In this document: positions 29,662-40,099 of the stretch, in pieces | Layout: each line of letters starts with the position of its first letter | Position numbering within the stretch: the stretch's first letter is position 1 | Made by a program: the position numbers and the translations under genes | Notes under the pieces: model-generated | The model's input: the letters and a program-made list of their open reading frames with translations, nothing else | The model's database searches: none | Told to the model about the DNA's origin: nothing | Assembly (NCBI GenBank): GCA_963777605.1 | Contig: CAVZRV010000007.1 | Span: forward strand, 288,001 to 352,000 | Reading direction: 5' to 3' | DNA from: an uncultured Acidobacteriota bacterium | GTDB taxonomy: Bacteria > Acidobacteriota > UBA6911 > RPQK01 > JAPXNP01 | DNA length: 64,000 nucleotides

Positions 29662-30020
29662 TCCGCGGTACCCAACCGTCCTTCCTCTTGGGACATGATG
29701 CCACGATGGTTCAATCTTACCCCGGCGATCCCGCTACCGGAGCCTGAATCGAGCGGCCGATTCGCCTTCCTCCTTCGATCTTACCCCAGCCCGCGATAGA
29801 GGCCGGCCGGCACCCCACGGTCTCGCACCCGATCCGTCCAGTCTTTCCAAGCAGCCGATTGAATCAGTGCATCCAATCGGAACCATTTTGGTAACCATTC
29901 GAACGCGTCGGGCAAATTTGCTCATATAGGATGTAAATTAGCGAACTTCACTTCTCGCCGATGTTAGGCGTCCCCCGCATCACCCGGGACGGCGGAAAGT
30001 CGGCCACGAGGACCACAATA

Positions 30021-31175
30021 ATGAAGAAATACTATCTCCTGTCGATAACCCTCTTTGCAGCCGCTGCAGCAGTGATCAGTCTGAGCTGGACAGCCGCCGA
30101 AAGCAGCAACAACAAGCCCGAACTGTCCCCCACCAGCCTGTCCAGTGCCGTTTTCGCGGGAGGCTGTTTCTGGTGTGTTGAGGCCGATTTCGAAAAACTG
30201 ACGGGAGTTTCGGAGGTCGTTTCGGGATATGCCGGAGGAAACGAACCGAACCCCACCTACCGGCAGGTCTCATCAGGAAGTACCGGCCACCGGGAATCGG
30301 TCAAGGTTCTTTATGATAGCTCGAAGGTCTCCTATGCCGAACTGGTCGACTACTTCTGGAAGCATGTTGACCCGACCGACCCGGACGGGCAGTTCGTCGA
30401 CCGGGGGAAACAGTACCGGTCGGCGATCTTCTACTCGACCGAGACGGAACGGCGGGTTGCCGAGAACTCGAAGAAGATGCTGGAGGAGTCGGGGATCTTC
30501 AAACGCCCGATCGTCACTGAAATCATCCCCCTCAACCAGTTCTACCCGGCCGAGGACTACCACCAGGACTACTACAGGAAAAACCCGATTCGCTATCGTT
30601 TCTACCGTTCCGGATCCGGCCGCGATGACTTCCTCGAGGAAACCTGGAAAGGCCGCGAGAAGGAAATCTCATTGATCAGCAGAGAGGACAAGAAAATGGC
30701 AACCGAAGAGAAATTGGACCCATCGACCCCCTATTCCAAACCCAGCGACTCCGAACTCAAGGAGCGACTGACGCCAGAGCAGTACAAGGTTACCCAGAAG
30801 GAGGGCACGGAACCGGCATTCAGAAACGAGTACTGGGACAACAAGAAGGAAGGGATCTATGTGGACGTGGTCAGCGGAGAGCCGCTCTTCAGTTCGACGG
30901 ACAAGTTCGAGTCAGGAACCGGCTGGCCCAGTTTCACGAGGCCCATCGAGGCTGCAAATATCATCGAACACCAGGATCGTTCCTTTTTCACGGTTCGTAC
31001 CGAAGTTCGCAGCAAGCAGGGGGATTCGCACCTTGGCCACGTCTTTCCGGACGGCCCAAGGCCGACCGGGCTTCGCTACTGCATCAACTCGGCTTCGCTT
31101 CGATTCATCCCGAAGGAGGACCTGGAAAAAGAAGGATACGGCGAATTCGCCAGCCTGTTCGATGGAGGAAAATAG
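30021..31175 (+). CDS. msrAB: secreted bifunctional methionine sulfoxide reductase MsrA-MsrB
   Basis: signal peptide, [49 protein letters not shown]. Confidence 0.95.
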   Translation: MKKYYLLSITLFAAAAAVISLSWTAAESSNNKPELSPTSLSSAVFAGGCFWCVEADFEKLTGVSEVVSGYAGGNEPNPTYRQVSSGSTGHRESVKVLYDSSKVSYAELVDYFWKHVDPTDPDGQFVDRGKQYRSAIFYSTETERRVAENSKKMLEESGIFKRPIVTEIIPLNQFYPAEDYHQDYYRKNPIRYRFYRSGSGRDDFLEETWKGREKEISLISREDKKMATEEKLDPSTPYSKPSDSELKERLTPEQYKVTQKEGTEPAFRNEYWDNKKEGIYVDVVSGEPLFSSTDKFESGTGWPSFTRPIEAANIIEHQDRSFFTVRTEVRSKQGDSHLGHVFPDGPRPTGLRYCINSASLRFIPKEDLEKEGYGEFASLFDGGK

Positions 31176-31178
31176 CGA

Positions 31179-31895
31179 ATGAGATTGCTGCTTCTGTTGT
31201 CATTGCTGATCGGCACTTTCGGTTGCTCCGGTCAAACCCCACAGGAATCGACTGACCTCGATCAAGCTCCACCTTTTGAGGAGATCATCAAGATCGACGT
31301 CCATTCCCACATCTTCCGGGATGTTCCCGAGTTCGTCGACATGATGCGGCGGTCGAACCTGAAGATCATCAACATTTGCGTCCGAGGCAACGACCTGGAG
31401 CGGCTTCACCAGATGGAGGCGATCGCCGAGTCGATGCACCAGAAGTACCCCGACCTGAACTTCATCGGAGCCCACCTGGGTTCGATGGCCTTTGATGTTG
31501 AAGAAGTCGCCAAGCGCCTTGACCGGTTCCCCAATTTCAATGTCGAGGTTGCCGCCCGGACCCGCGATCTCACCCGCCAGCCCCGGGAGAAGGTTCGCAA
31601 TTTCTTCATCAAGTACCAGGACCGGATCATGTACGGGGTTGACCTCACGCTCGAGCCCGACAGCGGCGACGGAAGCGGCCCGCAGGACATGGCAGCCTAC
31701 GCGAATGACATCGAGGAACGCTACCGGAACGATTACCGCTACTACGCCGGCACCGGCACCCTGGAAATGGCCGGCAAAACAGTTGAGGGGATAGGGCTCC
31801 CGCGAGAGGTTCTGGAGAAGTTCTACAACCGGAACGCCCGGCGGATCATCTCGAATCTGAAGTTTCTAACTGCAACGCCGCCAGTTGTCATATAG
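31179..31895 (+). CDS. amidohydrolase-family lipoprotein, apparently with an internal in-frame deletion
   Basis: lipobox TFGC, IDVHSH, GAHLGS, YQDRIMYGVD, LEKFYNRNARRI; only 238 aa. Confidence 0.7.
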   Translation: MRLLLLLSLLIGTFGCSGQTPQESTDLDQAPPFEEIIKIDVHSHIFRDVPEFVDMMRRSNLKIINICVRGNDLERLHQMEAIAESMHQKYPDLNFIGAHLGSMAFDVEEVAKRLDRFPNFNVEVAARTRDLTRQPREKVRNFFIKYQDRIMYGVDLTLEPDSGDGSGPQDMAAYANDIEERYRNDYRYYAGTGTLEMAGKTVEGIGLPREVLEKFYNRNARRIISNLKFLTATPPVVI

Positions 31896-31946
31896 ACGCC
31901 CTCGAGGAGGAACTAATCGGCCAGAACAGACGAAAGGAAGACCGAA

Positions 31947-32387
31947 ATGACAAAGCTGATTATTGCTCTGCTGATTGCCCTCCCCGGCGGATTCCTCGCG
32001 ACCGGGTCGGCCTACGCCGACACCGCGATACGGGTCGGAGTCGTCACTCAGTTTTCAGCCGTTCGTCCGGTCCGGGTTGCCCCTTACCGCTACCCGGTGG
32101 CCGCCGGTTGCGGACGATTCGGCTTCAGATCCGCACCAGTGGTGGTGGTGCCCGCCGGGAACTGGGGCAAAGTCGATTTCAACGTCAAACCGAAGAGCTC
32201 AAAGGTCTTCGTGGATGGCACCTTCATCGGAGTCGCCGACCAATGGGACGGTGGCTTTTTCGGAACCACGGCCACCCTCAAGGCGGGTAATCACCGCGTC
32301 CGAATCGAGGCGCCCGACGGCCGGACCATCACTCGCAAGATCTACGTGATGCCCGGCAAAGAACTCAACTTCAACTTCGAGTTCTAA
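31947..32387 (+). CDS. secreted PEGA-domain protein
   Basis: signal peptide; GKVDFNVKPKSSKVFVDGTFIG...LKAGNHRVRIEAP. Confidence 0.8.
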   Translation: MTKLIIALLIALPGGFLATGSAYADTAIRVGVVTQFSAVRPVRVAPYRYPVAAGCGRFGFRSAPVVVVPAGNWGKVDFNVKPKSSKVFVDGTFIGVADQWDGGFFGTTATLKAGNHRVRIEAPDGRTITRKIYVMPGKELNFNFEF

Positions 32388-32478
32388 TTCCGTGCCACGC
32401 ACGCCAGCCAATCGCAAACGCCCATGGAATAAGAATTATGTTCCAAGTCTGGCACCAGTTACCGAAAACCCGCACCGG

Positions 32479-32862
32479 TCACGGGGTGCGGGTTTCGCCG
32501 CGGATAGCCGAGGCGACACTGCCGAGCACCTTGTCGAGAGACCCTCCCCATTGAACGGTCTCGAGCAGATTCCCATCTCCGTCATAGACGGAAGCCTTCC
32601 AACCGAAACCCGGGTCTTCGACGATCAAACGGTAGTCAACCGCCATTTCCCTGTCGGCTGTGACAACACAATCGCGACACAGTCGGGCGAAATCTTCTTC
32701 GAGTTCGGCCTGCTGGAGAGCGGAGACCGGAAAACAGTCCGGAGACGGACGGGCTTCCAGGTAAATCCGGGTGATGCCGGGGTGATCACTTGCTGCGACA
32801 ACTGAAACCGGCGCAGCCAGGAGAATCACCGCAACGACGGCCAGGCAGTACAAGTAACGCAT
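32479..32862 (-). CDS. small secreted hypothetical protein
   Basis: AAGGGGG RBS before ATG 32862; signal peptide MRYLYCLAVVAVILLAAPVSVVAA; CxxC. Confidence 0.6.
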   Translation of the reverse strand: MRYLYCLAVVAVILLAAPVSVVAASDHPGITRIYLEARPSPDCFPVSALQQAELEEDFARLCRDCVVTADREMAVDYRLIVEDPGFGWKASVYDGDGNLLETVQWGGSLDKVLGSVASAIRGETRTP

Positions 32863-33061
32863 TTCGGTACCCCCTTGTTTTCTCATTGCTCTCATAACGG
32901 TTAACGAGTTTGACCCTCCTTTTGTTCTGATAGTTGGGAGGTTTTTCGATCGCTGTCGGATTTCGGACCGATTCAGTGCTGATTAGAGCTTCCGTGGGTT
33001 CCTTCGAAGCGCCAATCTCTCTGATCGTGTAACCGGAGTTCTGCTATACTCGGGCATTCGT

Positions 33062-33138
33062 CGGGGCATGGCGCAGTCCGGTAGCGCGCCTGCTTTGGGA
33101 GCAGGATGTCGGGGGTTCAAATCCCTCTGCCCCGACCA
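33062..33138 (+). tRNA. tRNA-Pro (UGG)
   Basis: CGGGGCATGGCGCAGTCCGGTAGCGCG-CCTGC-TT-TGG-GA-GCAGG-ATGTCGGGGGTTCAAATCCCTCTGCCCCGACCA; TGcTATACT -10 at 33042-33050. Confidence 0.97.
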
Positions 33139-33232
33139 TTTCAAATTGCGAATTTCGAAATGCGAAGTACGAAGCAAATTCGCAGATCGCACTTCGGTTT
33201 CCGCCTTCGAACTCGCCATTCTCAACTCGCAG
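33139..33232. repeat. degenerate 7-nt tandem repeats in inverted arrangement
   Basis: tttcaaa ttgcgaa tttcgaa atgcgaa gtacgaa, then attcgca gatcgca cttcggt ttccgcc ... ctcgcca ttctcaa ctcgcag. Confidence 0.6.
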
Positions 33233-33286
33233 TCGGCGTCCGGACGTCCATCCCGCCACCGGCCTGCGGCCCATCTCCTCGCCCAA

Positions 33287-33319
33287 TTTGGAGTGCCGGA
33301 AGTGACAACTTCCGCTTTT
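33287..33319 (+). repeat. REP-like palindromic element (second copy at 15361-15393)
   Basis: tttggagtgccggaagtgacaacttccgctttt vs tttgaagtgccggacgcggcagcttccggtttt, 27/33 identical by hand count. Confidence 0.55.
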
Positions 33320-33527
33320 GCCCATCACCGAACGATGCCTCCGACATCAGGAAGCGAAAGCTTCCCTTGCCACTCACCTCGAACGCGGTGGGACGTTCGG
33401 CTTGCACTCGCCGAGGCACGCCACGGCGGAAGCTTTCGGTTCGCGCATTCCAAGTGAATCTCCAGCAAGTGCCAGGATCGACGGAGAAGCCTTAATGGGC
33501 AGGGGGGGCCAAAAGGGCTGATGGATG

Positions 33528-34742
33528 TCACCGATTTTGGAGGGCGGCGGCCATGGCGGCGATGTTTTCCGGGGGGACGTCGGCGAGGATGTTGTGGACC
33601 TGCTGAAAAACGAAGCCTCCGCCGGGGCGCAACTTCTCGATTTGCTGCCTGACGTGGCGGAAGACCTCGTCCGGGGTTCCCTGGGGAAGGATGGCGTGGG
33701 TATCGCAGCCTCCGCCCCATAAGGTGATTTCCGACCCGAAGTCCGCTTTCAGTTGTGCGGCTTCCATTCCGGCACACGAGACCTGCACCGGGTTGATGGC
33801 ATCCAGCCCCGCGTCAATCAGATCGGGAAGGAGAGGTCGAACCCCTCCGCAGCAGTGCAACATTACCTTGACGTCCGCCAGCGCCTTGGCCCGATTCCAC
33901 ATCAGGCAATGCCGGGGCTTAAAAAACTCCCGATACATGGCCGGTGAGATCTGCGGGCCGGTCTGCATTCCGAGGTCGTCTCCGAACACAATGACATCGA
34001 TGTACGGCCCGACGATTCCGAGCCAGTGCTCGAGATCAGAGAGGTGATGCTCGACGAGGCGATCCAGAAACTGGTGGGCTCGGGCGGGCTCGGCAGCGAG
34101 GAGGATCAGGAATTCGTCGTTACGGAATAGCATCTGCCCGATTTCGAGAAGGTTCCCCCCGAACAGCCCCAGAATCGCCCGGTCTGTTGACTCCCTCAAG
34201 CGCCTGGCCCCCTCCCGAAGTTCTTCATCGGAGACAGGGCCCGGTGGGGCGGATACCACCGACCACATCGACTCATCCAGTGCCGCGCCGATCGAATCGT
34301 ACTTCTCGGGCTCATCGCGCAAGGGAAAGAAGACCTGTTCGAAGTAGAGCGCCCCGTCCGGCATGTGCCCAACGATTCGGCCCGATGAGGCCCGCACAAC
34401 CCACCGCCCTTCGAGCCGTTCGGGCGGAAGCCACGCAGGAACGCTGGAGAGGGTCCCGTCTGGCAAGGGCCAGTCGACCCAGTCTTCATCGGCGAGAGAG
34501 AACCCGCGACCCAACTCGATGGTGTCGGCACCGAACCAATCGAGAACGTCCTCGTCGATCACCGCCAGTTGCTGGATCAGATCGTAAACCCGGATCGGCT
34601 TCTCTCTCAGGCCCAGGTGAGCCCGCAGCCTCCGGTAGGCCTGTGCGGAGATCCCGGACGAGCGGTGCCCGGAGAGATCCACCGGAACCTGCTCGGGTTC
34701 ACGGTGATCCAGGGCTGCCAGGATCCGCTCTCTGGAGTTCAT
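33528..34742 (-). CDS. uroporphyrinogen decarboxylase / MtaA-CmuA-like family protein
   Basis: [60 protein letters not shown]. Confidence 0.88.
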   Translation of the reverse strand: MNSRERILAALDHREPEQVPVDLSGHRSSGISAQAYRRLRAHLGLREKPIRVYDLIQQLAVIDEDVLDWFGADTIELGRGFSLADEDWVDWPLPDGTLSSVPAWLPPERLEGRWVVRASSGRIVGHMPDGALYFEQVFFPLRDEPEKYDSIGAALDESMWSVVSAPPGPVSDEELREGARRLRESTDRAILGLFGGNLLEIGQMLFRNDEFLILLAAEPARAHQFLDRLVEHHLSDLEHWLGIVGPYIDVIVFGDDLGMQTGPQISPAMYREFFKPRHCLMWNRAKALADVKVMLHCCGGVRPLLPDLIDAGLDAINPVQVSCAGMEAAQLKADFGSEITLWGGGCDTHAILPQGTPDEVFRHVRQQIEKLRPGGGFVFQQVHNILADVPPENIAAMAAALQNR

Positions 34743-35338
34743 CGATCGACTTCAAGACCGGCTTTGAGCCGCCGCTTGAACCGGCTCAAAGCCACCGCCC
34801 GGTGTGAAACCTGGTTCTTGGCGGCGGAATCCATCTCTCCGAAAGTCAGGCCCGCGGGAGGGTAATAGAAGATCGGATCGTAGCCGAACCCGTTCTGACC
34901 TCTCGGCTCAAGAGTAATCTCGCCGCGGACGATACCCTCGGTCTCGATGATGCGGTCTTCGCCAAGGAGACCACATATGGCACAAACGAACTGGGCTCCA
35001 CGAGGAGCGTCGGGTCCGGCTTCGCGAAGGAACCGCAATACCGCACCATTCCTTTCTTCGTCACTCGGTGCCAGCCGCGCCGAGTAGACGCCCGGCCTGT
35101 CGTCGAGCGCGTCCACCATCAGGCCCGAATCGTCGGCGATGGCGGGCAATCCGGTCAAGCCAGCAAAATGAGTTGCCTTCTTGCGAGCATTTTCGGCAAA
35201 GGTGTCACCGTCTTCGACGGCATCGGGTAGTCCCGGAAACAGTTCCAGAGAAACCAAATCAATGTCCAGGTCTTCCAGGACTGCCTGCAATTCGACCAGC
35301 TTGCCCTTATTGGTCGTTGCCAGCAGAACGCGCATCAT
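34739..35338 (-). CDS. rdgB: non-canonical purine NTP pyrophosphatase (RdgB/HAM1)
   Basis: [35 protein letters not shown]. Confidence 0.96.
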   Translation of the reverse strand: MMRVLLATTNKGKLVELQAVLEDLDIDLVSLELFPGLPDAVEDGDTFAENARKKATHFAGLTGLPAIADDSGLMVDALDDRPGVYSARLAPSDEERNGAVLRFLREAGPDAPRGAQFVCAICGLLGEDRIIETEGIVRGEITLEPRGQNGFGYDPIFYYPPAGLTFGEMDSAAKNQVSHRAVALSRFKRRLKAGLEVDR

Positions 35339-36095
35339 CCGGTCTCCGCAGGATCGAATCAGGATCCCCGACTCGGGCTCCGATCACTTCCTTCTGCTTC
35401 TCGATCAGCGTTGAGATCCCCGCCGAGGCAAGGTCGAGCATGCGGTTGAGCCGGTCACGGTCAAACGGCTCGGCTTCGGCAGTGCCCTGAATTTCAACGA
35501 AGGATCCTGCGCCGGACATGATCACGTTCATGTCCACTTCCGCATTCGAGTCCTCCTCGTATGCGAGATCCAGGTAAACGTCCCCGTTGACAACCCCGAC
35601 ACTGACCGCGGCCACGTAGTCGCGAACGGGAGACATCGTCAATTTTCCCTGCTCCATCAGCCTGTGGACGGCGAGGGCAAGCGCGACGAAGGCTCCGGTC
35701 ACCGATGCAGTCCGCGTCCCACCGTCCGCCTGGATCACGTCGCAATCGAGCCAGAAAGTCCGCTCACCTAACGCGCGCAGGTCGATCACCGATCGCAACG
35801 CACGACCGATAATCCGTTGAATTTCCTGTGTCCTTCCCGAGGGCCGACCTTTGGCGGACTCGCGTACCATCCGTGTCGAGGTGGAGCGGGGCAACATCCC
35901 GTACTCGGAGGTAACCCACCCGCTGCCCGAGCCCCGAATGAATGGAGGAACCCGGTCTTCAAGGCTGGCACTGCAGATGATGCGGGTGCCACCGCACTCG
36001 ATCAAAACGGAGCCCTCCGGGTGAACAATGAAATCTGGAGTAATCACCACCGAACGCAACTGGTCCGGCTGCCGGCCATCGGAACGAATCAACAT
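35307..36095 (-). CDS. rph: ribonuclease PH
   Basis: [49 protein letters not shown]; ATG at 36095. Confidence 0.97.
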   Translation of the reverse strand: MLIRSDGRQPDQLRSVVITPDFIVHPEGSVLIECGGTRIICSASLEDRVPPFIRGSGSGWVTSEYGMLPRSTSTRMVRESAKGRPSGRTQEIQRIIGRALRSVIDLRALGERTFWLDCDVIQADGGTRTASVTGAFVALALAVHRLMEQGKLTMSPVRDYVAAVSVGVVNGDVYLDLAYEEDSNAEVDMNVIMSGAGSFVEIQGTAEAEPFDRDRLNRMLDLASAGISTLIEKQKEVIGARVGDPDSILRRPDDARSAGNDQ

Positions 36096-36105
36096 CGTGA
36101 GTATT

Positions 36106-36729
36106 CTACATGAAGGCCCCGGACAGGGAGACGTGGCCGAGGAGGGTCTCGGCGGGTCGACCGCCGACCAGAAACCGTACCCGCTCGATCTCGGGCAAGT
36201 TGCTGCGCAGGCTTTGGACAATCGACCGGATGAACGCCAGTTCGGTGACGATGCCTCCCGCGAGCGTGCCGCCACCGTCGAGAGTCAAATCAACGACCGC
36301 GGTTCCGTCATTCAGAACGTAGACCTGGCGCAACCTGGCCTTGCCGTACAGGGACTCGAGGATCAGGAGTGGCTCCTCGCCATCCACTTCCTCCTCGGGC
36401 TCGGCCGACTCCGAAGGGCCCTTGAACAGTTCCTCGATGATCTGCCGGGCCATCAGGGTCTGGTCGTCGATCTGGAAAATCGTCCGTTCCTCTCCAGTCA
36501 GAAAGTTCTCCGCTCCGGGATAGGCATCCCGCGTGTAGAAAAACAATTCTACTGCGACCTCTTCGGTCCCCTGGTCCTTGACGATGGAACTTTCCGGAGT
36601 CAGGCGCTCCGGCCCCGCCGCCGCCTGGTCTCGACGGCGCAGCTGTTCGGAAAGAAACAGGCTGTATGCCATGTACCCGGCGACCGCGACCAACACTACG
36701 GCCAGTATGGCCCACTTGTAATCTCTCAT
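36106..36729 (-). CDS. GerMN domain-containing protein
   Basis: N-terminal TM; [15 protein letters not shown]...[21 protein letters not shown]...ETLLGH. Confidence 0.85.
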   Translation of the reverse strand: MRDYKWAILAVVLVAVAGYMAYSLFLSEQLRRRDQAAAGPERLTPESSIVKDQGTEEVAVELFFYTRDAYPGAENFLTGEERTIFQIDDQTLMARQIIEELFKGPSESAEPEEEVDGEEPLLILESLYGKARLRQVYVLNDGTAVVDLTLDGGGTLAGGIVTELAFIRSIVQSLRSNLPEIERVRFLVGGRPAETLLGHVSLSGAFM

Positions 36730-38228
36730 TGCGTCCTGGTAAATCGTGCAAGGGTATCGGCAATTGCCGCGGCAAGCTGATCCCGAAATTCCGGCGTGCC
36801 GAGTAGACTGAGATCCTGCGGATTGGTCAGGAACCCGGTTTCGATCAGAATCGCCGGAGCCTCGATCGGTTCGAGTTCCGCCAAGGGAGCTTCGGTAACC
36901 AGATTTTCCGATTCAAACAGTTCGTTCAGGCGGCTCTGCATGAGATGCGCAAGCCTGCGACTTTCGACGATGTAAGGATCCTGCGCCCGGCTCCATGGTT
37001 TCAGAAGAGCGGCTAACTCCGACGATTTTTCGTCTTCCGTTTCCGCCTCGCCCTTCTCCTCGGGAGCGCTGAGAATGTAGACCATCGGCCCGCGGATTCC
37101 CGGGGTGGGCGCTGAGCCGAGGTGAATCGTGACGAAGACCGACGCCTGATAAAAATTAGCAACCGCAGCCCGCTGATCCAGGGCAATGGAGACATCCCGG
37201 GTCCGGGTCAGGCGCATCGGCACCTGGTCCGCGCGCAACTGGTGCTCCACCTTCTGGGCCAGTTCGAGAGCCAACACTTTCTCGAGCACTTCCTGGTGGG
37301 AATCAACCCCGTAGTCCTCGGCACCGTGCCCGGCATCGACAACAACCAAACCCTCCTGCCTAACTCGGCGAGCAGCCGTCGGCACCTGCGCCCCGATGGT
37401 CTGGTCAGAAGGAGAAACAACTCCCGCTCCGGCGCCCGAATCGGCAGGCCGACCGTCCGAAGGGCTGACCACGGTCGGTTCCGAAACTCCGTACACGTCC
37501 AGTACGAGGCGTGGAGGATTGTTCAGCATGAGGTGCTGGAATCTTAGGAACGCGGGCCCCTTCCTTATCCTGAAGGTACCCAGGGCCTCCTGAGCTTCGA
37601 AAGAGATCCCCGAGACGATGTCCTGGGAAACAGGCAAGTCAATGGTAGCCGGACGAACCAGAGAATCCATGTACGCAACATCGATGTAGTCATGGAACTC
37701 TCGCACTTCGACGTCGGCCGGCCGGCTCATTCTGAACACGATCGAGAGATGGTCGGGGTAGTCCAGAGTTTCCACCCGCACGGTATTCTCCCTTACCAAC
37801 TCAATCTGAAATGACCAATTTCCGGTTTGGGTCATCCGTTCATTCAGAATCGTCGGGAGCGCCATTTTGAGGAAGTCGACCGGCACGTACCACTGGCCCT
37901 GGCGGCGTTCCCAGCAGGGAGCCCCGAGCAGAACGTACTGTTCTCCGGTTCGGACGAGGGGGCGACCGCTCTGGAGGATGAGGGTCCCCCGCGAACCCGC
38001 CACCATCACCCGGCCTCGGGCAGCGGTCAGCGACAGGTTGAGGAGTTGGGCGATGTCGTCGAGGGAATAGTAGGGGGTTCCGTTGTGGTCAACGGCACTG
38101 AGCTTTCGAACAGCACCGCCAACACTGATCGAGAGATCCTGAGAGAATCCCCAGGCCAGGAACAGCACCCCTGTAAGTACGGCTATACTCCAGCGGCCGT
38201 ACCGACTACTCCTATCCAATGAGAACAT
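36726..38228 (-). CDS. N-acetylmuramoyl-L-alanine amidase (Amidase_3) with N-terminal AMIN-like domains
   Basis: PPRLVLDV, VVVDAGHG, EK, LTRTRD, FVTIH, PAILIETGFLTN. Confidence 0.88.
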   Translation of the reverse strand: MFSLDRSSRYGRWSIAVLTGVLFLAWGFSQDLSISVGGAVRKLSAVDHNGTPYYSLDDIAQLLNLSLTAARGRVMVAGSRGTLILQSGRPLVRTGEQYVLLGAPCWERRQGQWYVPVDFLKMALPTILNERMTQTGNWSFQIELVRENTVRVETLDYPDHLSIVFRMSRPADVEVREFHDYIDVAYMDSLVRPATIDLPVSQDIVSGISFEAQEALGTFRIRKGPAFLRFQHLMLNNPPRLVLDVYGVSEPTVVSPSDGRPADSGAGAGVVSPSDQTIGAQVPTAARRVRQEGLVVVDAGHGAEDYGVDSHQEVLEKVLALELAQKVEHQLRADQVPMRLTRTRDVSIALDQRAAVANFYQASVFVTIHLGSAPTPGIRGPMVYILSAPEEKGEAETEDEKSSELAALLKPWSRAQDPYIVESRRLAHLMQSRLNELFESENLVTEAPLAELEPIEAPAILIETGFLTNPQDLSLLGTPEFRDQLAAAIADTLARFTRTQ

Positions 38229-38253
38229 CCCCGCAATTATAAGGAAGTCGGGC

Positions 38254-39129
38254 CTAAAGATTCACGGCGTGACTGAGTGTAAGGTCAGATTCTTTAACTT
38301 TTCTCGCGAGACGGGGGTTGCGGGAAATCTCCGTGGCCAGGTTGGTGTGCAGTGAATGGCCGGCCCGGTAGGCGGTAATCCGTCCGATCAGGGGAAAACC
38401 GCACAGGGAGACGTCGCCGATTAAATCAAGAACCTTGTGGCGGACAAACTCGTCATCCGCTCGCAGTTCCCCGTTCATAATGCCGTTCTCGCTCAACACG
38501 ACCGCGTTGTCGAAACTACCCCCACGGATCAGGCCCTTCTTGAGGAGGTCCTCCACTTCGCGGTAGAAACCGAACGTCCTGGCGAAAGCCACTTCCCGGG
38601 AATACACGCGGGGATTGATGTCGAGGTCCAGCACCTGGCTGCCAATCGCAGGGTGATCAAAGTCGATCTGATAGCGAATCGAGAACTGCTCGGCCGGCTC
38701 TATCTTCACGTACTTGCCAGGCTCCTCCAGGATCACAGTTTCCTCGACAACCAGGCAGGTTCTCTCGGCATCCTGTTCCTCGACACCCGCCTCCCGGATC
38801 ATTTCGACAAAGCGAAGTGCCGAACCGTCAAGAATGGGGACTTCCAGGGAGTCGATGTCGATGAAGACGTTGTCGATGCCACATCCGTAAAGAGCCGACA
38901 GAACGTGCTCCACGGTCGAAAGCATCACCCCCCGCTTCATCAGCGTAGTCGCCAGAACGACCCGGGAGACCCAGCATCGCAGAGCCTCAATCTCGAAGTT
39001 CTGCAGATCGACCCGTCTGAACACCATCCCGGTATTCGCGGGCGCGGGGCGCAATGTCAAAGAGACTTTACAACCTGTATGAAGGCCGGTTCCAGAGACG
39101 CTAACGGGCTTGCGAATTGTACACTGCAT
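38254..39129 (-). CDS. lpxC: UDP-3-O-acyl-GlcNAc deacetylase
   Basis: GTGLHTG, TVEHVLSAL, EVPILDGSA, ARTFGF, RHKVLDLIGD, GH. Confidence 0.97.
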   Translation of the reverse strand: MQCTIRKPVSVSGTGLHTGCKVSLTLRPAPANTGMVFRRVDLQNFEIEALRCWVSRVVLATTLMKRGVMLSTVEHVLSALYGCGIDNVFIDIDSLEVPILDGSALRFVEMIREAGVEEQDAERTCLVVEETVILEEPGKYVKIEPAEQFSIRYQIDFDHPAIGSQVLDLDINPRVYSREVAFARTFGFYREVEDLLKKGLIRGGSFDNAVVLSENGIMNGELRADDEFVRHKVLDLIGDVSLCGFPLIGRITAYRAGHSLHTNLATEISRNPRLARKVKESDLTLSHAVNL

Positions 39130-39260
39130 TTCCAGATTTCTATGGAAGCACGTTCGGGTCCAGTCTCAAGCCCACGAAGGAATCAGGGTTTCAGCCCGTG
39201 TGGACCTCAGAAGTGTTGCCAGAAAACGACAACAAGTGTGGCTTGCCGGAAACATCCGGA

Positions 39261-40046
39261 TCACTTCTCTTCCACCACTGGACGGGTAAACAGAGATTCC
39301 GGAAGGTCCGGGTTTACGATGATATCAACGACGAATTGCTGCTCGGAGACTTCCTCGTCCACGTAGATATCGTGGCGGAGCGGGAGATTGACTCCCTGGA
39401 TCACGTGCCAGTTGTAGAACTCATGCTCGCGCTTGTGGCGGACGCCCACCTTGTCCGTAAAATGACTTTCCAGCTTTTCGGGCAACCCGGTCTTGGTGTT
39501 AAAGAAGACCACCACCGAATTGTTGGTGGCGTCAAGGAACTCGACCGCCTCGAAACTCCCGGTCCCGGCGATGTCTTCAGGACCGAAGTAATAGACGTTC
39601 ATTCCTTCTTCGTTGAGGCGGTAGCGAAGGAGCACATCGACATCGAGACTGACGGCCTTCTTGAACTGCTCGATCTCCTCGGGCTTGATTTCTTCGACAG
39701 TGGATTTCCCGTCCAACGTCCAGCCCTTGTCCAGTTCCAGGTTGTAGATCTGCACGTACTGGCGCTTTCCCTCTCCCATCTGGAACCTGGACTTGACCGG
39801 ATTGTAGACGGTCCAGTCGGTATACTCCGTGAATGCCTTCCGTCCCTTTCGAAAGTGGAAATAGCGGCCACTGCTCGACGTCGCATTCATATTCAGATAG
39901 GCGTCCCCACCCATCTCCTTGATGGCGCGGTCAATGACCCGGCGTGCTTCCGGGGCGATGTCGGCTCTCGCCTGCACGACCGCAAAAACTGCGATAAACA
40001 GCCCCAAGAGTGAGACGAAAATTGCTTTTCCAGACTTCATACGCAT
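39261..40046 (-). CDS. secreted hypothetical protein (possibly LolA-like fold)
   Basis: signal peptide; ARRVIDRAIKEMGGDAYL, C-terminal NPDLPESLFTRP; 261 aa. Confidence 0.65.
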   Translation of the reverse strand: MRMKSGKAIFVSLLGLFIAVFAVVQARADIAPEARRVIDRAIKEMGGDAYLNMNATSSSGRYFHFRKGRKAFTEYTDWTVYNPVKSRFQMGEGKRQYVQIYNLELDKGWTLDGKSTVEEIKPEEIEQFKKAVSLDVDVLLRYRLNEEGMNVYYFGPEDIAGTGSFEAVEFLDATNNSVVVFFNTKTGLPEKLESHFTDKVGVRHKREHEFYNWHVIQGVNLPLRHDIYVDEEVSEQQFVVDIIVNPDLPESLFTRPVVEEK

Positions 40047-40099
40047 GGCAGTTCCCGTGCAAAGATCCTACCAGACCTTGGCGCGCGCGTCCGGCAGGA

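Noticed and set aside
33139-33232. CRISPR array
   Set aside because: Repeats are 7 nt, degenerate and lack spacers; no cas genes or 25-40 nt direct-repeat arrays were seen anywhere in the window.
33062-33527. tRNA-Pro as attachment site of an integrated element
   Set aside because: No integrase or transposase and no duplicated tRNA 3' end seen in the window.
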